From IMG/VR virus record IMGVR_UViG_3300008259_005066, positions 1 to 64,000 of that record: 64,000 nucleotides of DNA; one strand, 5' to 3'. Below are positions 45,297 to 55,029 of the stretch, piece by piece; positions within the stretch are counted from its first letter, which is position 1; each line of letters begins with the position of its first letter. The notes under the pieces were generated by a model that was not told where the DNA came from, made no database searches, and saw only the letters and a program-made list of their open reading frames with translations. The translations under genes and the position numbers were made by a program.

Positions 45297-45764
45297 TCAA
45301 CTGCCGGTGCTCAACCGCAGATGCCCGGGTTTATCAGCGATGGGCTCAAATGATTCGATGAAGCAATGATGGCCATCGCCCGAGGCTTGTATGGCAGAGT
45401 CAGCGGCGCGATACAAGGCATTCCAATCTCGGCCTTCGATCTTGCGAACCACTTCACCACCGTCGCCCCAGTGCTGATCATAGACCACATACTCTGCGTC
45501 CTTGTAGGGATGGCATAGGGTCATGTTGTCCACTTCGTAGATGCTCCAGGTGCTGGTCAGCCCGTAGTGCCCACGCCAATGATCATATTGTTTCCATTTG
45601 CGGTCGAATGCCGCCGAATCTTGCTCGTAGGCACCTTTGAGGGCTACCTCGCGGATGCGTTCGACTAATTCAGACACTCGAGGATGGTCGATAGTGCTCA
45701 AAGCACAGAGGCTGTTGTGCAACACTTTGAATTCTTCTGCGGTCAGTGTAGGTGAACAGTTCAC
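45297..45764 (-). CDS. Hypothetical protein
   Basis: AAGGAG RBS; GTG start. Confidence 0.6.
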   Translation of the reverse strand: MNCSPTLTAEEFKVLHNSLCALSTIDHPRVSELVERIREVALKGAYEQDSAAFDRKWKQYDHWRGHYGLTSTWSIYEVDNMTLCHPYKDAEYVVYDQHWGDGGEVVRKIEGRDWNALYRAADSAIQASGDGHHCFIESFEPIADKPGHLRLSTGS

Positions 45765-45773
45765 ATTGTCTCC

Positions 45774-45965
45774 TTAACTATTGATGGTTCGATAAGGGCC
45801 AAGGTCTTCAAACACACCCCGGCGAGCAAGTTCTAATTCTAGCAAATCTCGCACCATGATGTCAACCACTCCCATGCTTTTGAGATCACGATACAGTTCG
45901 TATCTTTGTTTCAACACCACGATGTCGCTACGGGAGATTTCGGCTTTGATGTCTTCAAATTTCAT
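45774..45965 (-). CDS. Hypothetical protein
   Basis: AAGGAG RBS. Confidence 0.55.
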   Translation of the reverse strand: MKFEDIKAEISRSDIVVLKQRYELYRDLKSMGVVDIMVRDLLELELARRGVFEDLGPYRTINS

Positions 45966-45974
45966 GCTGTCTCC

Positions 45975-46316
45975 TTAGTCTAAGCGGCTACCAGCATAGG
46001 CACGGAAACCATACTTCTCAAAAATCTTGGCGGCCGCTTCGGCACCGGCTTCAAGAGTGTCAACGTTCTGGCAACCATAATTGGCTGGGTTCCAGATCTG
46101 CAGACCGCCTGAGTAACTCTTGCGCAGACCTGCTGTCTTGAGCATGCGACCCAATCGGGTATTACCTTTGATACCAAAGATGTCAACCCAGGCAAACCCA
46201 CAGGCCATCTGGTCTCGGCCGCCCAAACGAGTCTGGAAAAAATTGTCTGCGGCCTTGAATGCTTCGCTTTTGGCTTCGGCCACGATTGCGTTCACTTGAT
46301 CTTGAGTGTATTCCAT
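45975..46316 (-). CDS. Hypothetical phage protein
   Basis: AAGGAG RBS; ACGFAWV motif. Confidence 0.65.
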   Translation of the reverse strand: MEYTQDQVNAIVAEAKSEAFKAADNFFQTRLGGRDQMACGFAWVDIFGIKGNTRLGRMLKTAGLRKSYSGGLQIWNPANYGCQNVDTLEAGAEAAAKIFEKYGFRAYAGSRLD

Positions 46317-46326
46317 TTTGGGCTCC

Positions 46327-46626
46327 TTACTTGGAAAGGTTCATGATACGAGCATCGTGCTCGAGGAAATCAACTTCAAAAGGCACGTAGACCAGTTTGC
46401 CTACTCGGCTACCTCGGGTTCCTTCGGGCTGGTCTTCACCACCGAACACGTCACGGGTGGCTTTGATGCAGAAACATGAATAACCCATTTCAGGATTGTA
46501 ACCTTTGGTGATGACCTTGCCTTCCACATAGCAGTCTTCACGACCTGCCATGGGTTTGAAATCGTATGCACGGATGATGTCATCGATGTCCGCGGCATTG
46601 GTGAATTTCAGTGTTCTTTTTAACAT
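46327..46626 (-). CDS. Hypothetical SH3-like protein
   Basis: AAGGAG RBS; first gene behind a promoter. Confidence 0.6.
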   Translation of the reverse strand: MLKRTLKFTNAADIDDIIRAYDFKPMAGREDCYVEGKVITKGYNPEMGYSCFCIKATRDVFGGEDQPEGTRGSRVGKLVYVPFEVDFLEHDARIMNLSK

Positions 46627-46658
46627 AGGGCTAACTCCTTATCATTTACTATACCTAT

Positions 46659-46687
46659 ATTATAGCAAAATGGTAAATTTCGGTCAA
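46659..46687 (-). promoter_or_regulatory. Sigma70-type early promoter with extended -10
   Basis: TTGACC-17-TATAAT with TGn. Confidence 0.8.
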
Positions 46688-46705
46688 CCTGGGCAAAAAC
46701 CCGTA

Positions 46706-46723
46706 GGTTAGTGCCCACTTACC
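46706..46723. promoter_or_regulatory. 18-bp palindromic box, copy 2
   Basis: GGTTAGTGCCCACTTACC. Confidence 0.75.
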
Positions 46724-46985
46724 TAAAATACACCGCAAAACGGTTGGCATCTTGTTTCCAAGTGGTGCTTTGCCCGTGGTATCGATTTTTGCGCCCACGG
46801 AACATGATGTAGGTCTTGCGTCCGCTGAGGGCTCGGATGCGGGCCAGGATAGGGCGCACCTGTTCCAGGGCGCCAATGGGCACATCTTTGACTAGGCTGG
46901 ATTCTGTGGTGGGGCTGGCGAATGCTGTGAAGAACTGTTGATCTTCTCTGCTGAGATTGAACTGCGTCCATGGGTCCAGTTTCAT
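46719..46985 (-). CDS. Hypothetical protein
   Basis: AAAGGAG RBS; stop codon lies inside the palindrome. Confidence 0.6.
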   Translation of the reverse strand: MKLDPWTQFNLSREDQQFFTAFASPTTESSLVKDVPIGALEQVRPILARIRALSGRKTYIMFRGRKNRYHGQSTTWKQDANRFAVYFR

Positions 46986-47011
46986 AGGGCTCCTTTTTAA
47001 AGTATGTCCTA

Positions 47012-47040
47012 ATTATAGCAAAATGGCTATTTCTGGTCAA
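47012..47040 (-). promoter_or_regulatory. Sigma70-type early promoter with extended -10
   Basis: TTGACC-17-TATAAT with TGn. Confidence 0.8.
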
Positions 47041-47046
47041 CCGCGG

Positions 47047-47064
47047 GGTCAGTGGGCACTAACC
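47047..47064. promoter_or_regulatory. 18-bp palindromic box, copy 3
   Basis: GGTCAGTGGGCACTAACC. Confidence 0.7.
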
Positions 47065-47784
47065 TAGGGTCTGCCCAAAATGTTGGTATGCGTGTGGGTT
47101 GAGTTCGAATCCAACGAATCTACGTCCCAACCGGAGAGCGGCACGGCCCGTGGAGAACGATCCTCCAAAGGGATCCAGCACCAAGTCTCCTAGATTGGAA
47201 CTGTAATCGATGAACTTTTCAATGAACGATTCGGCCAACTGATTGTTGTTGCGGATCTCGCCCGTCTTGTATTCTCTAGGCAAGGTCTGCACACTGAGTC
47301 GGTCGTTGTATGATTCTGTGGTATCAGCAAAACGACAATGTGTGTTGAAGATCCTCTTCTGTTGGCCTCGTTCTCGCTTGGACCAGAACAGCACATGGTA
47401 ATGGCTCGAGACCCATTTCTTTTTGGTGTATACTCCAAAGGTGTATTGGGCGATGATATGATTGATTTCTTCGAGTTGTGTGTAGTGCAAGGCGTTGAGA
47501 ATATGATGTAGATTTGAATAGCCAGACACGATATACAAGGATCCACCGGGCCGCAACACTCGCTCACATTCCTGGATCCAGGCATGACACCATTGGGCAT
47601 ATTGATCTCTGGGCACATCCACATAACCGGCGATGACCTTGCTGTCGTCTCGATTGTAGTGCGTGTCTAGTTGATCACCGGCTATGCCATAGGGCGGATC
47701 AGTGAATATGAGATCTACTGTGCCATCGGCCACGTGTTCCTGCATGCCCACTACACAGTCCTGCTGGTAGATGCTATGTGTCAC
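47059..47784 (-). CDS. N6-adenine/N4-cytosine DNA methyltransferase (beta class)
   Basis: FTDPPY catalytic motif N-terminal; VLDPFGGS SAM-binding motif C-terminal. Confidence 0.9.
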   Translation of the reverse strand: MTHSIYQQDCVVGMQEHVADGTVDLIFTDPPYGIAGDQLDTHYNRDDSKVIAGYVDVPRDQYAQWCHAWIQECERVLRPGGSLYIVSGYSNLHHILNALHYTQLEEINHIIAQYTFGVYTKKKWVSSHYHVLFWSKRERGQQKRIFNTHCRFADTTESYNDRLSVQTLPREYKTGEIRNNNQLAESFIEKFIDYSSNLGDLVLDPFGGSFSTGRAALRLGRRFVGFELNPHAYQHFGQTLG

Positions 47785-48142
47785 GGCGGATATCAGAAAA
47801 TGTGTTTTCTACTTCCCACTCCACCCAGTTGCGGATGGTTTCGAATGGTATGGTTTCGTCCACCCACTCATATACATAGTCATTGTGTCCGCTGACGAGA
47901 TAATCACGGAAGGCTGCCTTGAGACGATGTTCCAGTTCTCGGATAGGGCGTTCGGGCCCAGACCAAGTGGCCGCCCAGCGCACTGCGTGTCCCACATGAC
48001 CTTCATAGCCATTTTGCCTGGAATCGAGATTGCCAGTGATACCAAAACAGGTGCGTGTGATCACTGCTTCGGTATCATCGTCCACATAACGATGGCGCCA
48101 AAGGTAAAAATTATGTGCGTCAGAGAGACTTGTATTCGTCAT
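47774..48142 (-). CDS. Hypothetical protein, degenerate GIY-YIG-like
   Basis: NFYL...FGITGNLDSRQNGY pattern. Confidence 0.45.
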   Translation of the reverse strand: MTNTSLSDAHNFYLWRHRYVDDDTEAVITRTCFGITGNLDSRQNGYEGHVGHAVRWAATWSGPERPIRELEHRLKAAFRDYLVSGHNDYVYEWVDETIPFETIRNWVEWEVENTFSDIRRDT

Positions 48143-49259
48143 AGTTTGGCACTGTGGGCAGAGGCAGTGTGCCTCCTTTTTTCATGTAGTCTTTGATCCA
48201 GATGGGCAACAGACAGGCATCCTTCCATCCCGATCCGGCCCATTTTTTGTAGCGTTGCCAGCAGTCTTGATGGAACGCTTTAGGCGACCCATAGCGTTTC
48301 ATGTGCTTGTAGAATTCTAGTTCATGCTCGCGAGTGATTTCTATGCCTTGGTTGCGACACAGCACAGCGAATCTACCAAACGTGATGAGATAGCCGCCAT
48401 CTACACCTTTTTCGCTGGCATAGAACTGATCATGCCACTTGAGCACCCAGTCAAGATCACCCTTGGTCACTTCAAAGTGGTCAGGTTCAGTGCCATGTCC
48501 GGCCAGCTTGAGCATGCTACTGACATGGGTTACCATACCGGGTTTGGCTCGTTGACCTTGTGCTTCTACTCCGGGAGCGGCAAACATGTTGTGCGATTGT
48601 AGCATGTTCTGTATCTCATTGGCCTGCAGGTCTTCAGTAAGTTCACTGTCATACAATCTGACACCATTGACCATGCTACGGAAAATATAGAACAGATCGG
48701 GCTCTTTGCGACCTTTGTAGTTGATGCAACGGAAACCATAGTTGCCCACTGCTTCACCTCGAAGTGTGGATCCTGGAACCTCAAGATCATCATCCACAAC
48801 CTTGCACTGAATCAGTGTGTCTGGATCGATCAATCCAAAGTAAAACATCAGTGCAAAGGCTGTTCCACTCTGTTGGCCCTCCCAGGCACTGTAGCGACCA
48901 GTGGCCTTGATGTAGATCACGTTCAAAGGTTGCATGATCCTGGGATCAAACAGTTCAATGATGTTGCCACCGATGTGCGCTTTTTCCAGCAGACGTTGGA
49001 TATCAATGTTGATGTCAATCAGATTTGGATCAATCAGTTCTAGGCGACCGAAGTGTTCCTGTTTGTATCGCTGACCACCAAGTCTAGCCTTCAGCGATTC
49101 AATGGCTTTTTCAATTACATCTTCGTTGGCGATGCCCATGGCACGTTGTACCAGAGGTTCGTAGATATTGCCCGTAGATACCAAAGGTGTCTGGATGTCT
49201 TTGGGAGGAGGTGCAAATGGATTGGTGCCTTTGGTTGCAGTTTTAAAATATGATGTCAT
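48120..49259 (-). CDS. ParB/Srx-like N-terminal domain protein
   Basis: LIDINIDIQRLL...YSAWEGQQ resembles the QR...DGQH pattern. Confidence 0.5.
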   Translation of the reverse strand: MTSYFKTATKGTNPFAPPPKDIQTPLVSTGNIYEPLVQRAMGIANEDVIEKAIESLKARLGGQRYKQEHFGRLELIDPNLIDINIDIQRLLEKAHIGGNIIELFDPRIMQPLNVIYIKATGRYSAWEGQQSGTAFALMFYFGLIDPDTLIQCKVVDDDLEVPGSTLRGEAVGNYGFRCINYKGRKEPDLFYIFRSMVNGVRLYDSELTEDLQANEIQNMLQSHNMFAAPGVEAQGQRAKPGMVTHVSSMLKLAGHGTEPDHFEVTKGDLDWVLKWHDQFYASEKGVDGGYLITFGRFAVLCRNQGIEITREHELEFYKHMKRYGSPKAFHQDCWQRYKKWAGSGWKDACLLPIWIKDYMKKGGTLPLPTVPNYDEYKSL

Positions 49260-49280
49260 GATGAGAAATTAAATTGAAGT

Positions 49281-50303
49281 TTAAAAAGGCCAGGATTTTT
49301 TGGATGCCACTGTTTGGCCAGTTTCAAAGGCCGGATCCCATGGTTCGTCTGGCTCATCTGATTGTGGACAGTTGTTCCAGTCAGACGTGTCCCAGTTCAA
49401 TCCTGTCCATGAAACCACACCATCCTGATCGATGGATTGCTCTTTGTTGTATTCAAAATCTACAAATGCCGTGCCGTTCCAATACAGTTTGCCAAAGGTG
49501 TTACCATAGCCCCAGTTGCATTCATACCAGCCTTGATGCACCGGTTTGTGTTTTTTAAACTTGAAAGAAATCTTTTCATCATCATCGGGGTAGTAACTGG
49601 CTGGCCAACCCGCACCACCGTTTTCTTCGCCTTCTGGAACAGCATCAGAGGGATCATAGGCTTCTTCGTCTCCACCAAAGATCCATTTGTTCTCGCCCCA
49701 CTTGCCTGTGGTGCTGAGATCGTTGTTGTCGATGGACTCACCGTCGTAGTCAACTCCGTTGCAGATATACCATCCATCAGCATTGGAGAAATTCAACATG
49801 AGTTTCTTGGGATCAAACGGTTCCTTGATTTCAAATTCGCCACCGAACAACAGACCCTTTTCACCCTGTGCTCCCCAGTAGGCCACTTCACCGTTTTTGA
49901 GATCGTCCATGGTAAATGATTCCCACTCATTGACTGGAATCTCAGAATCGTCCAGGGCATTGAGATCTAGGCTGTGTCGCCAAACTTCTTCACCGTTTTC
50001 GTCATACACAGTGATATAGTTGGTATCGTCCATGGTTGCGCCTGATGCATGCACTAAGCCATCGCATTCGTAGGGCGATCCAGGAGGAAAAGGTTGCATT
50101 TCATCGGGCACTTCTAGTTCGTTGTCCCAGTCAGATGCGAATTCGTCTAAATCAATATTGCGGCTCTGGAAGTATTGGTAGATTTTGCGATCAACGCGAC
50201 CAGCATACACTTCACCGCCATAGGCACCCAACTCCACACGATAGGTGCGAGGGGTGAATTTCAAAGTATTGATCAAATCTTGTTTCTGTTTACGAGTTGC
50301 CAT
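49281..50303 (-). CDS. Acidic hypothetical protein
   Basis: GAGGAG RBS before MATRKQ. Confidence 0.7.
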   Translation of the reverse strand: MATRKQKQDLINTLKFTPRTYRVELGAYGGEVYAGRVDRKIYQYFQSRNIDLDEFASDWDNELEVPDEMQPFPPGSPYECDGLVHASGATMDDTNYITVYDENGEEVWRHSLDLNALDDSEIPVNEWESFTMDDLKNGEVAYWGAQGEKGLLFGGEFEIKEPFDPKKLMLNFSNADGWYICNGVDYDGESIDNNDLSTTGKWGENKWIFGGDEEAYDPSDAVPEGEENGGAGWPASYYPDDDEKISFKFKKHKPVHQGWYECNWGYGNTFGKLYWNGTAFVDFEYNKEQSIDQDGVVSWTGLNWDTSDWNNCPQSDEPDEPWDPAFETGQTVASKKSWPF

Positions 50304-50442
50304 TGATGCTCTCCTCGGAACTGAAACAGTGTGGCACCCATCCACAGAAGGCTATGGCCCAGGCCACGGCCGCTGGGGTGTTCCAGGTCAGGGCAAACAT
50401 GGCGCCAGACAAGCCAGCGATCAAGATAGCAAGGATTTTCAT
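50290..50442 (-). CDS. Small membrane protein
   Basis: MKILAILIAGLSGAMFAL; 2 TM segments. Confidence 0.5.
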   Translation of the reverse strand: MKILAILIAGLSGAMFALTWNTPAAVAWAIAFCGWVPHCFSSEESINGNS

Positions 50443-50696
50443 TATTGTCGACCTTTCAATTCGCGCTCGATCTGTTTCTGCTCTAGATCGTATAGAGTGT
50501 AACTGAAACGAAACCAAGCACGGGCCGCGTCAATGACCACGATAGCACCACCTAGGATCGTCATGATCATGGGCCAGGGTTTGGGGCATCCGGCCGCTAG
50601 TGCAACCAAAGCCAGGATGGTCAACGCAAAGCCATAAAAACTGGGACTGCTCAGTGTGCCTTCAAACTGCCAACGTAAAAAACCTCGTATGTTCAT
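50442..50696 (-). CDS. Small membrane protein
   Basis: 2 TM segments; GGAG RBS. Confidence 0.55.
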   Translation of the reverse strand: MNIRGFLRWQFEGTLSSPSFYGFALTILALVALAAGCPKPWPMIMTILGGAIVVIDAARAWFRFSYTLYDLEQKQIERELKGRQ

Positions 50697-50698
50697 AG

Positions 50699-50965
50699 TC
50701 AACTCCATTTCAAAGTAAAAGCAAAATAATCCTGATCGCTGTCAAAGTAAAAAATATATCTACCCGGACGATGATCAGAACTCATATCCACCATCTGCCA
50801 ACGCCAATCTTCGCGGCATTCGGACTTGCACCATCGTATGATGTCGTCTATGGCACCAAATGGTTTGATCACTTCGGTGGCATGGCGGAAACTGTCCCCG
50901 TCGCGCACTTGGTAACCATTGGCCGCTAAAACGGCACGGAATCTTTGTCTGGTGACTTCGTCCAC
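50699..50965 (-). CDS. Hypothetical protein
   Basis: WCKSEC..DWRW...YIFYFDSDQDYFAFTLKW pattern. Confidence 0.6.
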   Translation of the reverse strand: MDEVTRQRFRAVLAANGYQVRDGDSFRHATEVIKPFGAIDDIIRWCKSECREDWRWQMVDMSSDHRPGRYIFYFDSDQDYFAFTLKWS

Positions 50966-51387
50966 TGTTCTTTTTCATTATACGCAGGAAGCAATATCTG
51001 GTCAACCTGTTGCCAAAGTGGCTCGGTATCCAGATTCCAATCCTGATAGCCTTGGGCTATGAGGTCTACATAACTCCAATAGGTTGATCCATATTGGGGT
51101 CGGTTCATGATATAGACCATGAATTCGTAGCCGTCCTGCGCCAGGATCCTTTTGGAATAATAGAGAGGGTAACCTTCAAAGGCATCCAAACTGGCTTCGC
51201 AGTCGTCAGTGATGCGCCACAGCGCACCGGGCACCGATCGTCCTGGGTTGGGTCGTATTGTGGCATGCGTGGCAAAATCCAGTTGCCAACCACGCAGATA
51301 GAATGATTGGAATGGGCGGGCACGAGGACAGCGATGGGCCATGCTTTCGTGGCTGAGATTGGCACCATAGGCGAAATACAGTTTCAC
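50926..51387 (-). CDS. Gamma-glutamylcyclotransferase (AIG2-like) family protein
   Basis: YFAYGANL...M..RCP...LDAFEGYP. Confidence 0.85.
   Translation of the reverse strand: MKLYFAYGANLSHESMAHRCPRARPFQSFYLRGWQLDFATHATIRPNPGRSVPGALWRITDDCEASLDAFEGYPLYYSKRILAQDGYEFMVYIMNRPQYGSTYWSYVDLIAQGYQDWNLDTEPLWQQVDQILLPAYNEKEQWTKSPDKDSVPF
50977..51005 (-). promoter_or_regulatory. Sigma70-type promoter inside the GGCT 3' end
   Basis: TTGACC-17-TATAAT. Confidence 0.65.
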
Positions 51388-51588
51388 TTAGATTCCTTTG
51401 TGTTGCTTGTCATTGATTTCCTCTACTGTCTTGATTTCTATGGCATGGTTGTATCTCCATGCATGTTCAACCTGTTGTTGGGCCTGCTCAGGAGAATCTG
51501 CTTCTACGACTTCGGTCCTTACCAACCAATATTTTTTAGGTGGACAACAGTTCTGCTGTTGTTGCCGGAATCTCACTTGATATTTCAC
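51388..51588 (-). CDS. Hypothetical protein
   Basis: Coupled ORF. Confidence 0.5.
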   Translation of the reverse strand: MKYQVRFRQQQQNCCPPKKYWLVRTEVVEADSPEQAQQQVEHAWRYNHAIEIKTVEEINDKQHKGI

Positions 51589-51824
51589 AGCAGATAGTGC
51601 CGGTGTATGCGCTCTCGGGCACGTTGTATGTCTCGTTCATAATACAAGAAATTGTCCGTGATTCCAAACTCGTTGCAGAACGCCTGGCCATATCGCTGAT
51701 CGCGCATGGCATCGAAGATGAATCCTCTGTCCCATTGTTGGTATGTATCTCGTGTCAGAGTCTGCCGGGCTGTTCTACCATGCAGTGCCAGTGTGAGTTC
51801 ATCCACGGCATGTTTCAAACTCAT
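51585..51824 (-). CDS. Hypothetical protein
   Basis: GGAG RBS before MSLKHA. Confidence 0.55.
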   Translation of the reverse strand: MSLKHAVDELTLALHGRTARQTLTRDTYQQWDRGFIFDAMRDQRYGQAFCNEFGITDNFLYYERDIQRARERIHRHYLL

Positions 51825-52534
51825 ATCAACTCCACGTTGCTGATCCTGAAATACACTGTGCTCTGCCGGGTGCCGCGATGGCGAGTGGGATGCCAAGACG
51901 CTCGCACACCGACGGGCTGACCTCGCTCATAGAGACTGCGCACCACGCTGGCCAAGGGATTTGCAGTGTTCACGGACCACTGCACTGCATGACCTTCGGG
52001 ATCAGTCCACCACCATTGATGGCTTTCCTGGTTCTTGCGACTGGCGAACACATAGGTCAGAGGCGTGATAGTCTGTTCGTGGGCGGTCACTGCATAACCA
52101 CCCGGGAGATCAACGCTTTGGGTCTGGGTTACCATGGCGTCCAGCGCCACATCCTCTATGTAAAAATATGGAATCTTCATCAGCGCACCCATCTGGTCTG
52201 ACATGATAGACTGTTCGCCCGACACGATGCCATACAGCACGGTCTGGAACGCTGTCAATGGTTTGCCTCTAAGCACCTGCATGGTAAAGCGATCTCTATA
52301 GTATCTGCGAGTCACTGCCGCTATCTCACGATCATGTTGATGGGCATCCACTTCGTTGAGATTGACCCAGCGTCTGGTAGGAAATTTCTGCCATACATGA
52401 TAACTGGCCCAGCTTAGAGCGATGGGATCATCGGCAAAGGCCAGTTCTTGCACGGGTTTTTTATCTCGCACATCATCCACCCATTCTGACAGCAATTCAT
52501 GGATGGTGCGGGGTGCGTTTGCGGTCAGTCCCAT
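51821..52534 (-). CDS. Hypothetical protein
   Basis: Coupled ORF. Confidence 0.65.
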   Translation of the reverse strand: MGLTANAPRTIHELLSEWVDDVRDKKPVQELAFADDPIALSWASYHVWQKFPTRRWVNLNEVDAHQHDREIAAVTRRYYRDRFTMQVLRGKPLTAFQTVLYGIVSGEQSIMSDQMGALMKIPYFYIEDVALDAMVTQTQSVDLPGGYAVTAHEQTITPLTYVFASRKNQESHQWWWTDPEGHAVQWSVNTANPLASVVRSLYERGQPVGVRASWHPTRHRGTRQSTVYFRISNVELI

Positions 52535-53250
52535 AGTGCCTCATAGTATTTGCCAAACAATCGGAATCCGTTGGAGATGCGATCCTGCACAGCCTTCATG
52601 CCGTCCATGTCGATTTCATGTGTGTCCTTGGGACCACGGCGCATCTCCATATATTTGTGTTCGCCTTTGGCGACTTCGTTGCCATCTTTGTCCACTGGCA
52701 CCCACAGCATATCAATCTCGCCTGAATGAAACTCTGAGGCCCAATCATCTTTGTTCTTCATTTCAAATGCATAGATCATTTCACCAATAGCCCAGTCCCA
52801 ACGCAGGAAGTGATTGGCATCAGTGTCATACTCGTTTTCTCGGGGCGGAGCGGCAGTGCTACGCAGATGCTCAGGCACGTCTGCATCATCCACAAACGGA
52901 GCACCATGCTTGGTGTCTTGCAGTTGTCGCAACATGGGCAACACGATCTGGGCCAGGGTGGAATCCATGGACCAGGTATCCCAGTGATCGATCTTGACAT
53001 AGTTCACGGGCGGATGGATCTTGTCCAACACCCACTGGATGGCGCGGCTCATGGGTTCGATCCTATCCGCCCAGCGGTCCACCCACTCAGGATGGTCCAC
53101 CCACTGGCTCTTTTCTCTCTTTTCGTCTTCAAGAGTTTGCGTGAGATTCCAGCGACCACAACGGCTCCAGTCAGTCCAGAAAAATGTATATTCTAGGATC
53201 TTGTAAGGACTATACCAGTGATGGCGATAGTTAGAAATGTAAACTTTCAT
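52525..53250 (-). CDS. Hypothetical phage protein
   Basis: VKIDHWDTWSMDSTLA...GFRLFGKYYEALWD motifs. Confidence 0.7.
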   Translation of the reverse strand: MKVYISNYRHHWYSPYKILEYTFFWTDWSRCGRWNLTQTLEDEKREKSQWVDHPEWVDRWADRIEPMSRAIQWVLDKIHPPVNYVKIDHWDTWSMDSTLAQIVLPMLRQLQDTKHGAPFVDDADVPEHLRSTAAPPRENEYDTDANHFLRWDWAIGEMIYAFEMKNKDDWASEFHSGEIDMLWVPVDKDGNEVAKGEHKYMEMRRGPKDTHEIDMDGMKAVQDRISNGFRLFGKYYEALWD

Positions 53251-53459
53251 TCTTTGACTCCAAAATGTTCTTTGATCAACATGCCTTTGGTCTTGGTGAT
53301 ATATCCACATCCAAGCGAACTAGGTCGTTCTACATCGGCAATCTCAGCACACTCTTTAACAATCAACTGGGCGAATTCTTGAACTTTGTGTTCCCACAGT
53401 GGACTGGTCGCGATAGTCAGATTGGCCTGTTCAGCAAGTTCTCTAATCCGTTGGTTCAT
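53247..53459 (-). CDS. Small hypothetical protein (MNQRIRELAEQA...KEHFGV family)
   Basis: Tandem paralog of 53456..53656. Confidence 0.65.
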   Translation of the reverse strand: MNQRIRELAEQANLTIATSPLWEHKVQEFAQLIVKECAEIADVERPSSLGCGYITKTKGMLIKEHFGVKE

Positions 53460-53656
53460 TTGACTCCAAAATGTTCTTTTAAAATCCACACAGCGGTTTT
53501 CTCATCAAATGGAAAAGGTTCGTTCTTCCACTCTAGCAGTTGCTCAATGCACTCCTGCACGATCAACTCGCCAAATCGTTGCTGTAGATCTGGGTTGATA
53601 CTAGGATAATGGCTGCCGCCTGCCATCAAACTAAGTTGCTTAAATCTTTCGTGCAT
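53456..53656 (-). CDS. Small hypothetical protein (same family)
   Basis: RFGELIVQEC...LKEHFGVK. Confidence 0.65.
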   Translation of the reverse strand: MHERFKQLSLMAGGSHYPSINPDLQQRFGELIVQECIEQLLEWKNEPFPFDEKTAVWILKEHFGVK

Positions 53657-53853
53657 TACCACACCTCCACGTCTGTTATATCATCTTCGAAACTGCGTTC
53701 GATCTGACTTTTATTAAACAAGGCATGATGGCTAGCACCAATGCCGGATGTGTTAGTTTCAAAAATAGTCACACTCTCAATGCCATCATCAAGAGCCATG
53801 TGTGTTATTATACGTTCTAACTGTTTTCTTGTCAAGGTAATTGTTGCGGCCAT
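53656..53853 (-). CDS. Hypothetical protein
   Basis: Start uncertain (53853 or 53859). Confidence 0.5.
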   Translation of the reverse strand: MAATITLTRKQLERIITHMALDDGIESVTIFETNTSGIGASHHALFNKSQIERSFEDDITDVEVW

Positions 53854-54026
53854 TGCCATTCTTTGTCGCAGGCTGGACAAATTTCTCCTGGTTTTGCCTG
53901 ACAAGGTTGAGATAAATCCCCAAGGCCGTGACCTTGATTACCTATCTCTTTTTCCCATTCTTCGGCCCAGGCACGCATTTCGTGACCCGGGCTTTTCCAA
54001 CATGGATCGTTGGTATTATTCTTCAT
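53832..54026 (-). CDS. Possible small Cys-containing protein
   Basis: Fills the gap; C..C pair; weak support. Confidence 0.35.
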   Translation of the reverse strand: MKNNTNDPCWKSPGHEMRAWAEEWEKEIGNQGHGLGDLSQPCQAKPGEICPACDKEWQWPQQLP

Positions 54027-55029
54027 CCTCGTCTTCAAATTTCTTGCTATGACGGCGTTTAAGATCGTTTAACGTAGTCATTCCGATTTGAGGGAATCCA
54101 CGAACTCCTAACCAAAATCTAAACTTTTTAGCAATACCGTATGCTATCGCATCTTCCCAACTTGGTGCCCAATTTCTGTTGGCAAAAAACTTTAAACCTT
54201 TGTCAAAAGATAAACTTTGAGGAACTACGTTGATAAACCACTCATCAAATCTTTGACTTAGTTTAGTTGTTGGGTCCATGATCTTGTCGTATTCTCTAAT
54301 ACCAAGAAACGTAGTCAATCCCAGAAGTTGTTGATCAATATTTTTTTTCTCCTGTGGGTAGGCTTTGCGTATCAAAGCAAGTGCTCTGATTGTTTCGTCC
54401 TCTCCTATAGCAATACATTTTTCAAATCCTGCGACATTGACTTGTATATTTCTATTTCCTTTGGAGTCGAGCTCATTTACAATTCCGCATCCAAGACCAC
54501 ATTTAACTAATATACGCTCAATATTCAAGGCCTGTGGGTCTTGAGCAACAATATCTGCCCAAAGTCTTTCTTCACGAGTAACCGCATCACTGGCTCCACC
54601 GTTCATATAACCAAATAATTTGGCTACATAAACTTCGTCATCTTCTTCGATGATGTGTGCTGGAACATCTTTAATGCTGGGATCCAAAGTCTTAATAAGA
54701 CTAATACGATGTTGCCCGTTGATAATGCATGTTTCGCCTGTTTTTTTGTTTCGAACAGCAGTAGCTACACCAAACAAATTCCAATCAATCTGGCCTTTAG
54801 TTTTTATAATGTTTTTGCGAACATTTTTTGGATGAAAAGGTCGCTGAGCTATTGCCATTGGAGCATTAACTGATACTCGTTCGTAACCGGCCATAACTCC
54901 TCTCGGAGGTGCACCAAACAGCGGCAATGATTTCAGTTCATCGTCGAGTTCGATAGGATCAACTATGCGAGTTTGCGGGATAGGTGTGTGGGCATGCCAC
55001 GATTGTGGGGTAGTTTTAGTAAGCATCAT
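54016..55029 (-). CDS. ParB/Srx-like domain protein, AT-rich
   Basis: IAQR...IINGQHR motif; AAAGGAG RBS. Confidence 0.65.
   Translation of the reverse strand: MMLTKTTPQSWHAHTPIPQTRIVDPIELDDELKSLPLFGAPPRGVMAGYERVSVNAPMAIAQRPFHPKNVRKNIIKTKGQIDWNLFGVATAVRNKKTGETCIINGQHRISLIKTLDPSIKDVPAHIIEEDDEVYVAKLFGYMNGGASDAVTREERLWADIVAQDPQALNIERILVKCGLGCGIVNELDSKGNRNIQVNVAGFEKCIAIGEDETIRALALIRKAYPQEKKNIDQQLLGLTTFLGIREYDKIMDPTTKLSQRFDEWFINVVPQSLSFDKGLKFFANRNWAPSWEDAIAYGIAKKFRFWLGVRGFPQIGMTTLNDLKRRHSKKFEDEDEE

Noticed and set aside
47098-47115. GAGTTCGAATCC, resembling a tRNA T-loop
   Set aside because: It lies inside the methyltransferase CDS, and no acceptor, D or anticodon stems can be built around it.
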